Source of the DNA: an archaeon | GTDB taxonomy: Archaea > AGJL01 > Methanococci > Methanococcales > Methanocaldococcaceae | NCBI GenBank assembly: GCA_024278985.1 | Contig: JAJRSC010000030.1 | Location: forward strand, 1-64,000 | Direction: 5' to 3' | Length of the DNA: 64,000 bases | In this document: one piece after another, positions 1 to 11,102 of the stretch | Position numbering within the stretch: the first letter of the stretch is position 1 | Layout of the letters: every line of letters starts with the position of its first letter | Notes under the pieces: model-generated | Told to the model about the DNA's origin: nothing | The model's input: only the letters and a program-made list of their open reading frames with translations | Database searches by the model: none | Made by a program: the position numbers and the translations under genes

Positions 1-130
1 AGCTAAAATCTTTTAAAAATCTCGATAATTCATTACATCCAAATATTTAAAATAATTAAAATACGCGACCCTTAGAAAATTGATAAAAATCCTTAAAATC
101 GAAAAATAACCGATTAAATTCCTCTAAACT
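1..130 (-). CRISPR. Probable distal part of a Methanocaldococcus CRISPR leader (long-repeat element); array would lie left of the window
   Basis: Minus strand reads ...caattttctaagggtcgcgtattttaattattttaaatatttgg...aattatcgagatttttaaaa, resembling from memory the M. jannaschii leader TTTCTAAGGGT...TTTAGAATATTT...AATTATTTGAATTTTTGAAAA; no repeats in the window. Confidence 0.45.
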
Positions 131-253
131 AAAAATAAAAAGTTTTTAGCGTGATAAATGTTATCCAAATATAAAAAGGTATAAATATAATATTAAAAAA
201 TAATAAACTTTAAATATATCTCACTGTAATATTTTTATTCTATAGGGATAAAG

Positions 254-889
254 ATGTATGATAAATTGGAGATAATTGAAAGAGCAATATTGTTAAATCC
301 AAGGTATATTCAAGTTTTTAGAGAAAAGTTAAGAATTACCCAGTTAAAATTAGCTAAAGAGAGTGGTATTAGTCAATCTCATTTAAGTATGTTAGAAAAA
401 AACAAAAGAAAACCTACAAAGTTAATTGCAGCAGCAATAACTTACGGTTTATTAAAATGTTATTATGAAAGAGATAAGGATATTTATAAGCTTTTAGATA
501 CCCTATCATTATTAAAATTTGAGGATTCCCTAATTGAATTTATTTATGATATTATTAAGAACAATAATAAAAAATATATAAGGTATCTTGGAGAGAAAAA
601 ATATATTCTATTGACTAAGAAATCATTAATAGATGAATTAACAAATAGAATAAAAGTAATTGAATTAAAAAATATAGAGATTTCAAGAGGAAAAATTATT
701 GGCTATGGTAAATATTTTGATGAGAAAGATGTTAATATTGTTTTAGATTGTTCAGATATTAGAAGATTAGAAAAAAAATTCATGGAAAAATATAATAAAA
801 AAATAATAATTCAAGCATTTCCAAAAGATGAAGTACCTCCTATATACAACTATAATAATAATGATTGTTTAATTATCCATTGTTGGTGA
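254..889 (+). CDS. XRE/Cro-type HTH transcriptional regulator heading the eha operon
   Basis: [24 protein letters not shown] motif; 6 bp upstream of ehaA. Confidence 0.8.
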   Translation: MYDKLEIIERAILLNPRYIQVFREKLRITQLKLAKESGISQSHLSMLEKNKRKPTKLIAAAITYGLLKCYYERDKDIYKLLDTLSLLKFEDSLIEFIYDIIKNNNKKYIRYLGEKKYILLTKKSLIDELTNRIKVIELKNIEISRGKIIGYGKYFDEKDVNIVLDCSDIRRLEKKFMEKYNKKIIIQAFPKDEVPPIYNYNNNDCLIIHCW

Positions 890-895
890 GCTATA

Positions 896-1138
896 ATGAT
901 GATGTTTGTTATATCCTCTCTTGTTTCTATGATTGTAGCATTTTTTTTAAGATTACCCTTATATCCAAAATCAAAATATTCATTTGAATCAACAGTTATT
1001 TTTCCAACACCTATTTTAGGAGCTGGAATTTATATAATATTTAAATATTTATTTTTTAATGGAATTGAAATTGCTATTTTTTCAGGAATTTTAGGAGGAT
1101 TATTTTCATATTATTCAAATAGAATTTTTGGGGAGTAA
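896..1138 (+). CDS. ehaA: Energy-converting hydrogenase A subunit A
   Basis: Hydrophobic, SFESTVIFPTP motif, operon position. Confidence 0.8.
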   Translation: MMMFVISSLVSMIVAFFLRLPLYPKSKYSFESTVIFPTPILGAGIYIIFKYLFFNGIEIAIFSGILGGLFSYYSNRIFGE

Positions 1139-1141
1139 AAT

Positions 1142-1618
1142 ATGGAAATATTAAATATTCTTATATGTTGGGTTATTTGTTGGTTAAATTTTGTTATTAT
1201 TGATACATTTTTTGGCTTACCAGAAAAACCAGGGGTTAGAGGGGCTAAAGTTATAGGTGAAAAAATAAAAAAAATTGGTGGAGATTTAAATGGAGGTTAC
1301 TTTATGGGAAATATTGTTTGTTCTCCAGATGCTTCTGCTGGAACTCTATTAGCTTCAATTATGTATTATTTAATGGGAGTTGATGGAGGAATATTAGCAA
1401 GTTTTTTTGTTTGGATAGGGAATAGGTTATGTGCTGACCCAGGATATGCAGGAACTTTAGGAGCATTATCAATAACCTTAATTATTTATCTTTTATCACC
1501 TTTTATATCCCCAAAGTACTTTATTGTTGGGATGGTTTTAGCAATATTTACAATTCAAGGGTTTGAACATAGATATGCCTCTAAACTTTTAGGAGAAATA
1601 TACAGGAGGTTGTTATGA
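1142..1618 (+). CDS. ehaB: Eha subunit B
   Basis: [37 protein letters not shown]. Confidence 0.85.
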   Translation: MEILNILICWVICWLNFVIIDTFFGLPEKPGVRGAKVIGEKIKKIGGDLNGGYFMGNIVCSPDASAGTLLASIMYYLMGVDGGILASFFVWIGNRLCADPGYAGTLGALSITLIIYLLSPFISPKYFIVGMVLAIFTIQGFEHRYASKLLGEIYRRLL

Positions 1619-1857
1619 TAAATGAAATTCTTGGAGGGATTGCAGTATTAATGATTATAAGAATTTTTTTAGAGAGGAGTAGGGCAAGAAAGTTGGTTTA
1701 TTTATGCTGTTTAAATTTTGCCTTTTCAGCCTTAATTGCTTTATATGTAAAATATCCTGCTGGGGGGATATTAGCAATTGTTTATTTTATCTTTTCAACA
1801 ATAACATCAAATGCTATAGCAAGTAGTTTAGAAAAGATATATGAATTAGAGGGTTAG
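1615..1857 (+). CDS. ehaC: Eha subunit C
   Basis: Small membrane protein [13 protein letters not shown]; order. Confidence 0.75.
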   Translation: MINEILGGIAVLMIIRIFLERSRARKLVYLCCLNFAFSALIALYVKYPAGGILAIVYFIFSTITSNAIASSLEKIYELEG

Positions 1858-1870
1858 AATGTAGATAATT

Positions 1871-2098
1871 TTGTTAGTATCTGTCCTCTGTTGTATTCTT
1901 GGAGGAATTGGAGTAATACTTCATACAAATGTTATAAATAAATTAATAATGTTGTCCTTAATGGAAACAGGAATTATTGGATTTATTGCCTATTACTATT
2001 ATTTAGATGTAGCAATTTTAATGGCTATTTGTAGCCCAATATCCAATATTATTATCTTATTAGGATACATAAAATATTTAGAACTAAAAAAAGGTTAG
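1871..2098 (+). CDS. ehaD: Eha subunit D
   Basis: Small membrane protein, YLDVA motif; order. Confidence 0.7.
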   Translation: MLVSVLCCILGGIGVILHTNVINKLIMLSLMETGIIGFIAYYYYLDVAILMAICSPISNIIILLGYIKYLELKKG

Positions 2099-2101
2099 AT
2101 T

Positions 2102-2341
2102 ATGATTTCTTTATATGTTGGGTTAATTTTATTGTTAATTGGATGTATTGGGGCATTATTTGGTCCTAAGGTAGATAATATAATGATTAGGTTATTGAAT
2201 ATAGAGGTTTCAGCTGTTGGAGTTATGTTAATATTTCTAAGTTTTGATGAAACTTTAGCATTAATGACTTACATAGCAATAAATGCTCCTCTAACATATG
2301 TTCTTGTTAGAACTATTATTAAATTGGAGGGTAAAAAATGA
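2102..2341 (+). CDS. ehaE: Eha subunit E
   Basis: RLLNIEV...DETLAL motif; order. Confidence 0.75.
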   Translation: MISLYVGLILLLIGCIGALFGPKVDNIMIRLLNIEVSAVGVMLIFLSFDETLALMTYIAINAPLTYVLVRTIIKLEGKK

Positions 2342-2775
2342 TTGGAAAAATTTGGAATTACTTATCAAAACCAGAACTTGTTCCAAGATTATTTGCCATA
2401 ACTTTGGCAATTGTTTTTATTTTTGGATTATTTTGGCCTATATATAAAGATAATAATCAACTCTATCCTAAACCAGAGTATCATTCTCAAGCATTAAAAA
2501 CTCCACTGGCTCCTTATGATAGAAGTATTGTAAAAGCTCAATATCCTCAATATCTTCCAGATCTTGGAAAAATAACCTCTTATTTAACTCCAATAGCTAT
2601 ATTTATTAAAGATAGGACTTTATTCTTTGGAACCACTATAGTCTCAACACCTGGAGGAATATTGGATGAAATTCTCTACTATACTAGAGGAATGGATACT
2701 GTGTTAGAGAGTTCTATACTTTTAGTAGCTTTTATAATATTCACATGGTTGTATTGGAATAGGGAGAGGGATTGA
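2338..2775 (+). CDS. ehaF: Eha subunit F
   Basis: [24 protein letters not shown] motif. Confidence 0.8.
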   Translation: MIGKIWNYLSKPELVPRLFAITLAIVFIFGLFWPIYKDNNQLYPKPEYHSQALKTPLAPYDRSIVKAQYPQYLPDLGKITSYLTPIAIFIKDRTLFFGTTIVSTPGGILDEILYYTRGMDTVLESSILLVAFIIFTWLYWNRERD

Positions 2776-3386
2776 GTATGTTCTATGAAACTGTTATTAT
2801 AAGTTTTATTGTTGGAATTTTATCTCTATTTGCTATAGGTGTTCAAAAAAATAATTTACATGCTTTAATATTAACTGATTTGTTGGAATGTTCTTTATTA
2901 TGTATTATTGCAGCTGTAGGGACAGATTTAGCAGAAGCTTTAATATTACCAGGATTAGTTGTAAGTATGGCAGAAATTTTAGCTATTGCTGAGGTTTTGG
3001 TTGTAAGAGAAAAAGTTAGAGGGAAGAAGTTAAATGACTTTAAAATAAACTTTGATTTAGAAATTTTAAGGACCTCTCCACTATTTATATCTATAATATT
3101 AGTTATTTATGGTGCAATATTATCAGGATTTACTGGTGGGGCAGTTATTGCATCTGGTTTATTATATTACTTCTTCTGTAAGAGAGTTTTAGGGGAGAAT
3201 ATTATAAATAGAGTTAAATGGGTTGGTATTTGTGGATTTTCAGGAATTGCTTGGAGTTTATGGATTGTTGGATTTTTAGGTTTCTATTTATTTCCTAAGT
3301 ACTGGTTAGTTTTCCTACTATTTGCAGGCTTAGGGTTAGTAATTAAAGTATGCTCTAAACTTGGATTGTTGGGGATGGCAGAATGA
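2772..3386 (+). CDS. ehaG: Eha subunit G
   Basis: [22 protein letters not shown] motifs. Confidence 0.8.
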   Translation: MSMFYETVIISFIVGILSLFAIGVQKNNLHALILTDLLECSLLCIIAAVGTDLAEALILPGLVVSMAEILAIAEVLVVREKVRGKKLNDFKINFDLEILRTSPLFISIILVIYGAILSGFTGGAVIASGLLYYFFCKRVLGENIINRVKWVGICGFSGIAWSLWIVGFLGFYLFPKYWLVFLLFAGLGLVIKVCSKLGLLGMAE

Positions 3387-4027
3387 TAGATGGGGGAATA
3401 TTTGGAATAGTTCCATTTGGAGATATAATATTTAAATACTCAATGTTTTCAACTATAGGGTTTGTTATAGCAATTACCTTTACAATATTAGTTTATTTAA
3501 CAAAGCCAGAAAAACAGTTAGAAGCCCAAAAATTTGGAGAAGATAAATTAATAGATATTCCATTACATGAGTTAAAAAATAGGAGATATATGGCAATAGT
3601 TTGTGGAATAGCAACTGCTGGAGCCATGCTAACACAAGATATTTTTGATTTTGCATTATTCTTAACTTTAGTAGGAATAGCAAATATTGGAATAGTTTCA
3701 GCAGTTAAAAGGGAACATGTTTTAAATGCTTCATTTCAGTATGGATTAACTTCTATTATAGCAACTTTACCATTATTTGGAGCATCAGCATTAATTTTAG
3801 CAAAAACAGGAACTTTATCAATATTGGAGTTACATCATTTAAATAAAAATTTATTATTTGAGAAAATCCTTTATGGCTTAGGAATGGCAGGGGAGACTGG
3901 AGTAGCTCCATATTATGCAGCTAAGGCAGAGATGTTTAGGGCTCCAGGAAGTCCATATATTTTAATGATACATCTTTCTTCATTGTTGTTAATTGTTAGA
4001 ACTGTTGAGATTTTATTAACAATATAA
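3383..4027 (+). CDS. ehaH: Eha subunit H (antiporter-like membrane subunit)
   Basis: [22 protein letters not shown] motif. Confidence 0.8.
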   Translation: MIDGGIFGIVPFGDIIFKYSMFSTIGFVIAITFTILVYLTKPEKQLEAQKFGEDKLIDIPLHELKNRRYMAIVCGIATAGAMLTQDIFDFALFLTLVGIANIGIVSAVKREHVLNASFQYGLTSIIATLPLFGASALILAKTGTLSILELHHLNKNLLFEKILYGLGMAGETGVAPYYAAKAEMFRAPGSPYILMIHLSSLLLIVRTVEILLTI

Positions 4028-4041
4028 AATAGGAGATAATT

Positions 4042-4242
4042 ATGGACATTGAAAAAAAAGTAGGAATAGTTTGTTTAATTATTGGGATGCTATCATTTAT
4101 TCTAATGTTTATAACTAATGGATTAATTAGTTATTTATTTTATATTCTCTTTGTTCCAAATATTTTATATGGAGTAGGAATATTCATAGTCCCTAAAACA
4201 AGAAGGAAAAAATTAGGAAAGATACCATTCAGGGGGTATTAG
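4042..4242 (+). CDS. ehaI: Eha subunit I
   Basis: Small membrane protein ending IPFRGY; order. Confidence 0.7.
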   Translation: MDIEKKVGIVCLIIGMLSFILMFITNGLISYLFYILFVPNILYGVGIFIVPKTRRKKLGKIPFRGY

Positions 4243-4243
4243 T

Positions 4244-5113
4244 ATGGATTTTAATGAATTTTTTTATCTAATAAATTTAACAGTATATGCATTTCTTATT
4301 GGTTCTTTACTTTTAGGATTACATAGGAAAATAATGGCCAAAATTCAACTTAGACCAGGTCCTCCAATAATTCAGTATTTACTCCATACATTAAAATTTT
4401 ACTTTAAAGAGATAACTTTTCCAATTACAGCTGGGAATCCATTATATATATTTATGCCTATACTTCAGATTATTGTATGGCTTTCAGCTTTAATATTGGC
4501 TGTTAAATTAGAAAGTTCTTTATTAATTATTATTGGGTTATATGTTCTTCAAAAGATTGTTGAACATGGTTGTGGATTATCTTCTGGTTCTCCTTATGGA
4601 AAGTTAGGAGGGGTTAGAAGTGTATTTTCAGCTGCAGCTGAAATACCATTATTTGCAGTAGTTTCTACTGTTTATATAGTAACAAACTCATTAATAATTT
4701 CTGATATTGTTAGTTATCAACAAATTCATGGACCTCTTATTTTGAAATTACCAATATCAGCATTTGCCTTTTTTATTCTCTTAGTTTCAAAAGCTCCAAA
4801 TAGTCCATTTGGAATAGTAAAAGGAAAAGATATAGTTTCTGGATATTTAACAGAGCATTTTGGTTTATTGGCAGGATTAATATATATAGGAGATGCAATT
4901 GCCTATTTTGTATTATTATGGTTATTTATTGCTATATTCTTAGGAATATCCAATATTTTTTTAGCATTGCCATTTATGATATTAATAACTTTTATTATAT
5001 CAATAATTAATGGCCTTACTCCACTATTAGCCCCTCATCATTCTGTTATGCTACAAATAACTATTGCTATAGTTGTCCTCTTAGATTTACTCCATAGGGT
5101 GATATTCTTATGA
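4244..5113 (+). CDS. ehaJ: Eha subunit J (NuoH/complex I subunit 1 family)
   Basis: RKIMAKIQLRPGPP, SPYGKLGGVR, GYLTEH motifs. Confidence 0.9.
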   Translation: MDFNEFFYLINLTVYAFLIGSLLLGLHRKIMAKIQLRPGPPIIQYLLHTLKFYFKEITFPITAGNPLYIFMPILQIIVWLSALILAVKLESSLLIIIGLYVLQKIVEHGCGLSSGSPYGKLGGVRSVFSAAAEIPLFAVVSTVYIVTNSLIISDIVSYQQIHGPLILKLPISAFAFFILLVSKAPNSPFGIVKGKDIVSGYLTEHFGLLAGLIYIGDAIAYFVLLWLFIAIFLGISNIFLALPFMILITFIISIINGLTPLLAPHHSVMLQITIAIVVLLDLLHRVIFL

Positions 5114-5349
5114 ATAAATATATAAATTATATATTAATTGTTTGTTTTGTAGCAATTATCTACACATTATTAATAAATTTTTTACAAAAACCAATAGTAC
5201 TGGCAATATTATCATTTATAATATTAACAATCTTGGCATACTTACTAAACTTTGAACATTTTGCAAAGAAATATAAACAAATAGAAGGAATTTGTGCATT
5301 TTTTGTATTAATTATTTTTGCTTATGCCTTATATTACTTATTTAGGTGA
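5110..5349 (+). CDS. ehaK: Eha subunit K
   Basis: Small hydrophobic ORF at expected position. Confidence 0.6.
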   Translation: MNKYINYILIVCFVAIIYTLLINFLQKPIVLAILSFIILTILAYLLNFEHFAKKYKQIEGICAFFVLIIFAYALYYLFR

Positions 5350-5353
5350 AAGA

Positions 5354-5647
5354 ATGGACTTATTTTATTTTAATTTAACAATTATATCATTTATATTTGG
5401 TAATTTTGTTGGATTGGAGTATAGTTATAGATATCCACCATATCATGAGAAAAGAATTGATAAATTTGCTTTAATATCATCAATTTTAGGAGGATTTCTA
5501 TTATTAACTCCTTTATATATTATAGGAGCATTTTTTATTGGTTTTCCTTTAGGAATGAGGTCAGGATATGGTAGAATTGAATTTCTTATTGGACTTTCTA
5601 TTTTTGTTATTTTATACTTAATTAGGTGGTGGTATGTTACCGGATAA
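5354..5647 (+). CDS. ehaL: Eha subunit L
   Basis: [16 protein letters not shown]; ATG 5354 follows GGTGA RBS. Confidence 0.75.
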   Translation: MDLFYFNLTIISFIFGNFVGLEYSYRYPPYHEKRIDKFALISSILGGFLLLTPLYIIGAFFIGFPLGMRSGYGRIEFLIGLSIFVILYLIRWWYVTG

Positions 5648-6038
5648 AGAATATCTTAAAAATTCTCTTCAACAGAAAAGAAACATTATCTTAGATAACA
5701 GATATTTAATGGACTATGTATTTATTCCTATATCCAAAAAATTAGAGATTGATGTTAATGAATTAATAGATATATTTCTTAAACATTATGATGAAGCTGA
5801 TTTATATGAACTAACTGCTTATGTAGAACAGGCAAGAATGGCATGTTTAGGAAGAAAGGTAGATATTGATTTAGGTCTTTGTTGGTTAGCAGATTTTTTA
5901 AAATTGATTAGTAGGAAAGAAGCAGACCAAATAAGAAAGGAAGTAGTTGAATTACATTTACTATATAAAAAACCCTATAAAGAGGCCTTAAAAATAGGAA
6001 AAGAAAAATTAAAAAGTTTATTGGTGAATAAAAAATGA
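5634..6038 (+). CDS. ehaM: Eha subunit M
   Basis: [20 protein letters not shown] motif. Confidence 0.8.
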   Translation: MLPDKEYLKNSLQQKRNIILDNRYLMDYVFIPISKKLEIDVNELIDIFLKHYDEADLYELTAYVEQARMACLGRKVDIDLGLCWLADFLKLISRKEADQIRKEVVELHLLYKKPYKEALKIGKEKLKSLLVNKK

Positions 6039-6469
6039 TTAAAAAATTTGTTAGGAAAAGAAGTATTCATTTATGTGTTGTTAATACTGGGGGTTGTAAT
6101 GGTTGTGATGTTGAAATTGTTTCCTGCTTAGCTCCAAGATATGATATAGAGCAGTATGGAATTTATGTTCATAACAATCCAAGAGAGGCAGATATCTTAG
6201 TTATTTCTGGTCCTACAACACTACCGTGGATAGACAGGGTTAAAGAGCTATATGAAAAAGTTCCAGAGCCAAAAATAGTTGTTGCAGTTGGAGCTTGTGC
6301 ATTAAGTGGAGGGATATTTAAGGAGGGGCATGTTTTGGGAGGTATTGAAAAAATAATTCCTGTAGATGTCAAAATTCCAGGATGTCCTCCAAGACCCTCT
6401 GAGATTATTGAAGGAATTTTAAAATCTGTTCATTTATTAGCAGAAAAAGAGAAAAGGCTGAAAAAATGA
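6035..6469 (+). CDS. ehaN: Eha small hydrogenase subunit (NuoB-like)
   Basis: [25 protein letters not shown]. Confidence 0.92.
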   Translation: MIKKFVRKRSIHLCVVNTGGCNGCDVEIVSCLAPRYDIEQYGIYVHNNPREADILVISGPTTLPWIDRVKELYEKVPEPKIVVAVGACALSGGIFKEGHVLGGIEKIIPVDVKIPGCPPRPSEIIEGILKSVHLLAEKEKRLKK

Positions 6470-7587
6470 CTACTGTCCCAATAGGACCAATACATCCAAT
6501 ATTTAAAGAACCATTAAGGATAAAATTAGTTTTAGATGGTGAGAGACCAATAGATGCAGAAATAGAAATGGGATATGTTCATAGAGGGATAGAGAAAATT
6601 ATGGAAGGAAAACATGTTCATAAGGGGCTATATTTAGCAGAGAGAGTTTGTGGTATTTGTTCATATGTTCAATCATTTACATTTATTGAATGTGTAGAAA
6701 AAATTTCTAAAATAGAAATTCCTGAAAAAGCAAAATATCTAAGAATATTAACATGTGAGTTGGAGAGAATACATAGTCATCTTTTAATTATTGCAATGTA
6801 TTGCCTTTCAATAGAACATGAAACATTAGGAATGTGGATTTTAAATTCTAGAGAAAGAATAATGGATTTATTGGAAATGATTACAGGAAATAGAATAAAT
6901 ACTGGATATAATATTTTAGGGGGAGTTAGAAAAGATATTGACAAAGAAATGATAACTAAAATTTACAATGTTTTGGATAAATTTGAAGATGAAATAAAAA
7001 CAATAAGAGAAGCATTTGAAACAGCTCCATTAGTAAAATTAAGAAGCAGAGATATTGGAATCTTAAAATATTTTGACATAATGAAAACAAGAGCTGTAGG
7101 ACCTGTAGCAAGAGCTTCAGGATTGGAGAATAGTGATGTAAGATTAAGATACAAATATTATAAAGAATTAAAAACCTATAAACCAGTTAGTAGAAAAGAA
7201 GGAGATAATTTTGCAAGAAATATAGTTAGATTTGATGAGATAGAGATTTGTATAAAAATGATTAGGGAAGTTTTAGAACTCTATCAAGAAGTTGGAGGGC
7301 CAATAAGAGAAAAATGTGAAATTAAAGGAGGAGAAGGAGAAAATAGATTTGAAGCTCATAGGGGAGAACTTACATATAAAATGGAATTAACTAATCATGG
7401 ATTTATTAAGAGAATTATGATTAGAACTCCAACAACTATGAATTTAGCAGCATATAGATATATGCTAAAAACATGTCCAACAGTTGCAGATGCTGTTGCT
7501 ACATATGTATCTATTGACCCCTGTATTTCCTGTACTGAAAAAACTTTGTATATTGTTGAAGATGGAAAAATTAAATATATTTGGTGA
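6466..7587 (+). CDS. ehaO: Eha large [NiFe] hydrogenase subunit
   Basis: ERVCGIC and DPCISC Ni-binding motifs, GPIHP start. Confidence 0.95.
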   Translation: MTTVPIGPIHPIFKEPLRIKLVLDGERPIDAEIEMGYVHRGIEKIMEGKHVHKGLYLAERVCGICSYVQSFTFIECVEKISKIEIPEKAKYLRILTCELERIHSHLLIIAMYCLSIEHETLGMWILNSRERIMDLLEMITGNRINTGYNILGGVRKDIDKEMITKIYNVLDKFEDEIKTIREAFETAPLVKLRSRDIGILKYFDIMKTRAVGPVARASGLENSDVRLRYKYYKELKTYKPVSRKEGDNFARNIVRFDEIEICIKMIREVLELYQEVGGPIREKCEIKGGEGENRFEAHRGELTYKMELTNHGFIKRIMIRTPTTMNLAAYRYMLKTCPTVADAVATYVSIDPCISCTEKTLYIVEDGKIKYIW

Positions 7588-7592
7588 ATTTT

Positions 7593-8789
7593 ATGGCATC
7601 TCCACTTTGGTATCTTTATATTATTAAAGAAAAGATAAAAAATATTATTGACGCTAAACCTAATAAATCTTCATACATTCCACCAGATAGATATAGAAAA
7701 GTACCTCCAATACTTAAATACCCAAAAAAATGTATATCTTGTGAAGCATGTAAAGAGAGTTGTCCAGCATTTGCTATAGAAATGTACTATAATAATGAAT
7801 ATAAAAAGAACTTACCCAATATAGATGTTGATTCATGTATTTCCTGTGCTAATTGTGTTGAGGCCTGTCCAACAGGAGTTTTAGAGATAGATAAACATAG
7901 ATTAGAAACAGAGGGCTTATTTTTTTATATTCCTAAGTCTCACACTTTAATGATAGATGGAGAGAAATGTGTTCTTTGTGGGCAATGTAAGGAAGTATGC
8001 CCTATAGATATAATAATTGAAAAGCCAGATACATATTTTATTGAAGTTTCTAAATGTATATCATGTAAAGAATGTTATAAAACTTGTCCTGTAGGGGCAA
8101 TAATAATATTAGATGAAAAAACTCATAAAGAAAAAATTAATAGATTTTTTGAATTAAAATTAAAAAAATCCTTTGGAGAATTAGATATCTCAGAAAAAAT
8201 AAACAAGATTCCACATATTTCTAAATATATATGTATAAAATGTGGAAATTGTAAAGAAATATGTCCTGGAGAGATTGATTTAAATAATTACAAAGTTGTT
8301 AATTGTTTATATTGTGGGTATTGTTTAGAAGTTTGTCCCACAGGAGCTATAAGAACAGAGGTTAAAATTGAGGCAAAAAATAAAGAAGAAACCTATTATA
8401 TTAATGAAGACCAATGTATTGGATGTAGAATTTGTTATAAAGTCTGTAAAGTTAATGCAATAGAGATTAGTAAAGAGATTAAAATACCGTATATTATTCC
8501 AGATAAATGTGTAACTTGTGGATTATGTGCTAAAAAATGTCCTGTTGATGCTATAACTAAGGTTAAAAAAGAAGTTGCTGAGAAAACAGTTAAGAAGAGA
8601 ATTATTGAAAATAAAATTATTGAAATTATTGAAAATGACATTAAAGAATACACCAAAAAATATGGGTTAGTTAAGGATTATTTAGAAAATATTTTAAAGA
8701 ATAAGATTTTAGAAGAATTAAAAAAATATGTTATGGAGGAAACTAAAAAAATAATGGGGGAGAATGGGGATAAAAGAAAAAATAACTGA
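7593..8789 (+). CDS. Eha-associated polyferredoxin (8 CxxCxxCxxxC motifs)
   Basis: Eight 4Fe-4S motifs; ATG 7593 after GGTGA. Confidence 0.9.
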   Translation: MASPLWYLYIIKEKIKNIIDAKPNKSSYIPPDRYRKVPPILKYPKKCISCEACKESCPAFAIEMYYNNEYKKNLPNIDVDSCISCANCVEACPTGVLEIDKHRLETEGLFFYIPKSHTLMIDGEKCVLCGQCKEVCPIDIIIEKPDTYFIEVSKCISCKECYKTCPVGAIIILDEKTHKEKINRFFELKLKKSFGELDISEKINKIPHISKYICIKCGNCKEICPGEIDLNNYKVVNCLYCGYCLEVCPTGAIRTEVKIEAKNKEETYYINEDQCIGCRICYKVCKVNAIEISKEIKIPYIIPDKCVTCGLCAKKCPVDAITKVKKEVAEKTVKKRIIENKIIEIIENDIKEYTKKYGLVKDYLENILKNKILEELKKYVMEETKKIMGENGDKRKNN

Positions 8790-9240
8790 AATATTAAATT
8801 TAAAAGATAACATATCATACAAATTTAATATTAAAAAGAATATTGAGTATATTGAAGTTACTGATGATTGTATAGGTTGTGGATTGTGTAAAGAAGTATG
8901 TCCTGTTAATGCAATATTTGGAAATGTTGTTGTTAAAATAGATAAAGAAAAATGTGTTATATGTGGAAAATGTGTAAAAGTTTGTCCAGTTGATGCTATA
9001 GTTTTAATAAGAGTTCATGGAGAAATAACTGACAATTTAAAAATTAAAGTTTTAAAAGATTTTAAAAATATAAATGTTAAAAAAAACTTATGTATTGGCT
9101 GCTTAATATGTCTTAAAAATTGTCCTTTTAAAGCAATATATAAAGAGAATGATGAAAAAATAAATATAAATAAAAATTTATGTACTTTATGTGGATTATG
9201 TAGCAGAATCTGCCCAATAAAAGCAATAATTTTAGAGTAG
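8764..9240 (+). CDS. Polyferredoxin (4 CxxCxxCxxxC motifs)
   Basis: Four 4Fe-4S motifs. Confidence 0.9.
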   Translation: MGIKEKITEILNLKDNISYKFNIKKNIEYIEVTDDCIGCGLCKEVCPVNAIFGNVVVKIDKEKCVICGKCVKVCPVDAIVLIRVHGEITDNLKIKVLKDFKNINVKKNLCIGCLICLKNCPFKAIYKENDEKININKNLCTLCGLCSRICPIKAIILE

Positions 9241-9247
9241 AGAAAAT

Positions 9248-9946
9248 ATGAAAAATTGGATAGATATTAATAGATTAGAGAAGGAAGAAGATATAAAACT
9301 ATTCAAATCATTACATTGGAAAGGATTTGTTTATTGTCAATATGATGAAGAATTTAGCAAAGAAAAATATAGTAACATTAAAAATATTGGAGAAAGTTTA
9401 GGCTTAAAAGTGTATAGTGGAGTGAAGATTAGAGCTGATAACATAAAAAAATTAAGAAAAAAAGTTAAAAAATTTAGGAATAAATGTCATATTATCCTTA
9501 TTGAAGGTGGAGATTTAAAAATAAATAGGGCAAGTGTTGAAATGCATGATGTAGATATTCTTTCAACTCCAGAGTTAAATAGAATTGACAGTGGATTAGA
9601 CCATGTTTTAACAAGATTGGCGAGTGAGCATAGAGTTGCTATAGAACTAAATTTTAATTATCTTTTAAATAAAGATGGCTATGAGAGAGCAAGGCAGTTA
9701 ATATTTTTTAGAAGAAATTTAATGTTGGCTAAAAAATATAAAACTCCTGTTGTTATAGGTAGTTATTCAACAAATAAATACAATATTAAAAGTCCATATG
9801 ATTTAAGAGCTTTTTTAAATACTTTGGTAGAAAAGGAATATGCAAAGGAAATTATGAATACTCTTTATAAAATTTGTGAATATAGGGAATATTTAATGAA
9901 TAAAAATGTTGTTAAGTATGGTGTTGAAATTATTGAATCTAAATAA
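9248..9946 (+). CDS. rnp3: RNase P protein component 3 (Rpp30)
   Basis: GGDLKINRA, VDILS, GLDHVL, VAIELNF. Confidence 0.9.
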   Translation: MKNWIDINRLEKEEDIKLFKSLHWKGFVYCQYDEEFSKEKYSNIKNIGESLGLKVYSGVKIRADNIKKLRKKVKKFRNKCHIILIEGGDLKINRASVEMHDVDILSTPELNRIDSGLDHVLTRLASEHRVAIELNFNYLLNKDGYERARQLIFFRRNLMLAKKYKTPVVIGSYSTNKYNIKSPYDLRAFLNTLVEKEYAKEIMNTLYKICEYREYLMNKNVVKYGVEIIESK

Positions 9947-10014
9947 ATAGATTAAAAAGGTATTTATATTAATTTTTCAGTTTTAATTTTAGGACTTTAA
10001 AAGTCCTTTATAGT

Positions 10015-10133
10015 TATTGTCCTGAGCTTAACAGCTCGGGACTGGTTTATGACTTAAATGGAGCTTAGTTATCCCTAACCTCCTGGGGATAGCTAAGTGA
10101 TGAAATTTAAGGAAACCAATAGGAGAGACAATA
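10015..10133 (+). ncRNA. Structured K-turn RNA (rps6e leader or stand-alone sRNA)
   Basis: Hairpin 10019-10042; nested stems tggttt/aaacca, cttaaat/atttaag, cttagttatccc/gggatagctaag with GGA and GAT-GAA K-turn. Confidence 0.7.
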
Positions 10134-10162
10134 TAATAAAAAAAACTATTTTAGGTGAGATT

Positions 10163-10549
10163 ATGCCAACTGCAAAATTTGTAGTAGCAGACCCTAAAAC
10201 AGGAAGATGCTACCAAATAGAAGCAGATAACACTCCATTAGTAGGGAAAAAAATAGGAGATGAATTTGATGGAGGAATTTTAGGATTATCAGGATATAAA
10301 TTAGTTATAACTGGAGGAACAGATGACAGTGGATTTCCAATGAGACCAGATATTCACGGTCCAAGAAAAGTAAGAGTTTTATTAAGTTCTCCACCAGGAT
10401 TCCATCCAAGAAGAAAAGGAGAAAGAAGAAGAAAAACAGTAAGAGGAAATACTATATCCTCTGATATAGTTCAAATAAACTGTAAAGTAGTAAAATATGG
10501 AGAAAAATCTATTCCTGAATTGTTAGGGTTAGAGGAGAAAAAAGAATAA
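10163..10549 (+). CDS. rps6e: 30S ribosomal protein S6e
   Basis: [25 protein letters not shown]; start MPTAKF after AGGTGA. Confidence 0.95.
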   Translation: MPTAKFVVADPKTGRCYQIEADNTPLVGKKIGDEFDGGILGLSGYKLVITGGTDDSGFPMRPDIHGPRKVRVLLSSPPGFHPRRKGERRRKTVRGNTISSDIVQINCKVVKYGEKSIPELLGLEEKKE

Positions 10550-10552
10550 GAA

Positions 10553-10996
10553 TTATTCAATATTAATTCCTCTTTTCTTGGAAGTTTCTGCTTTAGGTAA
10601 TGTTATATATAAAACTCCATTTTCATATTTTGCTGTAGCATTTTCTTCTTTAACAACTGCTGGAAGTTTTATATTTCTATATATTTCTTCTTCTTCAGGG
10701 ATTTCAGAGTATATAATTCTTTCACTTTCAGTAACCATTAATGGAGACCTTTTAGCTCTTATTTCAACAGTATCCCCAACTGCATTAACAATGATATCCT
10801 CTTTATTTACTCCTGGAAGCCATGCAATAATTTTTATATGGTCATCTCCTTCAATTATTGATAATGGCATAAATCCTTGCCCTGATATTTGAATTCCAAA
10901 GGAGCTTTGCATACTTAATGTTCCACTCATTGGCATACTAAAGAACTCTTTAAACATTCTATCAAATAATGAGTCAAATGGGTCTCTTCCAAACAT
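10553..10996 (-). CDS. hsp20: Small heat shock protein Hsp16.5/Hsp20
   Basis: [19 protein letters not shown], IxI tail; alpha-crystallin domain. Confidence 0.95.
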   Translation of the reverse strand: MFGRDPFDSLFDRMFKEFFSMPMSGTLSMQSSFGIQISGQGFMPLSIIEGDDHIKIIAWLPGVNKEDIIVNAVGDTVEIRAKRSPLMVTESERIIYSEIPEEEEIYRNIKLPAVVKEENATAKYENGVLYITLPKAETSKKRGINIE

Positions 10997-11023
10997 TCTT
11001 AACCACCTTTAATTTTTTACTAA

Positions 11024-11057
11024 TAAATTATGTGTTAGTAGTTCTATAAATAGTTTT
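11024..11057 (-). promoter_or_regulatory. TATA box plus conserved downstream element, candidate heat-shock operator of hsp20
   Basis: 27/34 identical to 60316-60349 upstream of cdc48, at near-identical distance from the ATG. Confidence 0.65.
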
Positions 11058-11102
11058 CTATAATATATCATTCCATATATTAAAATAGATTGAGGTAGAA
11101 AT

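Noticed and set aside
6466-7587. Possible selenocysteine in the hydrogenase large subunit
   Set aside because: All four Ni ligands are Cys codons, as expected for Eha
10015-10133. SAM-I riboswitch, hammerhead or box C/D interpretation of the rps6e upstream RNA
   Set aside because: Only the generic K-turn motif is shared; no SAM-I AUC/GCAACC core, no hammerhead stem II, no D box downstream of the GTGATGA
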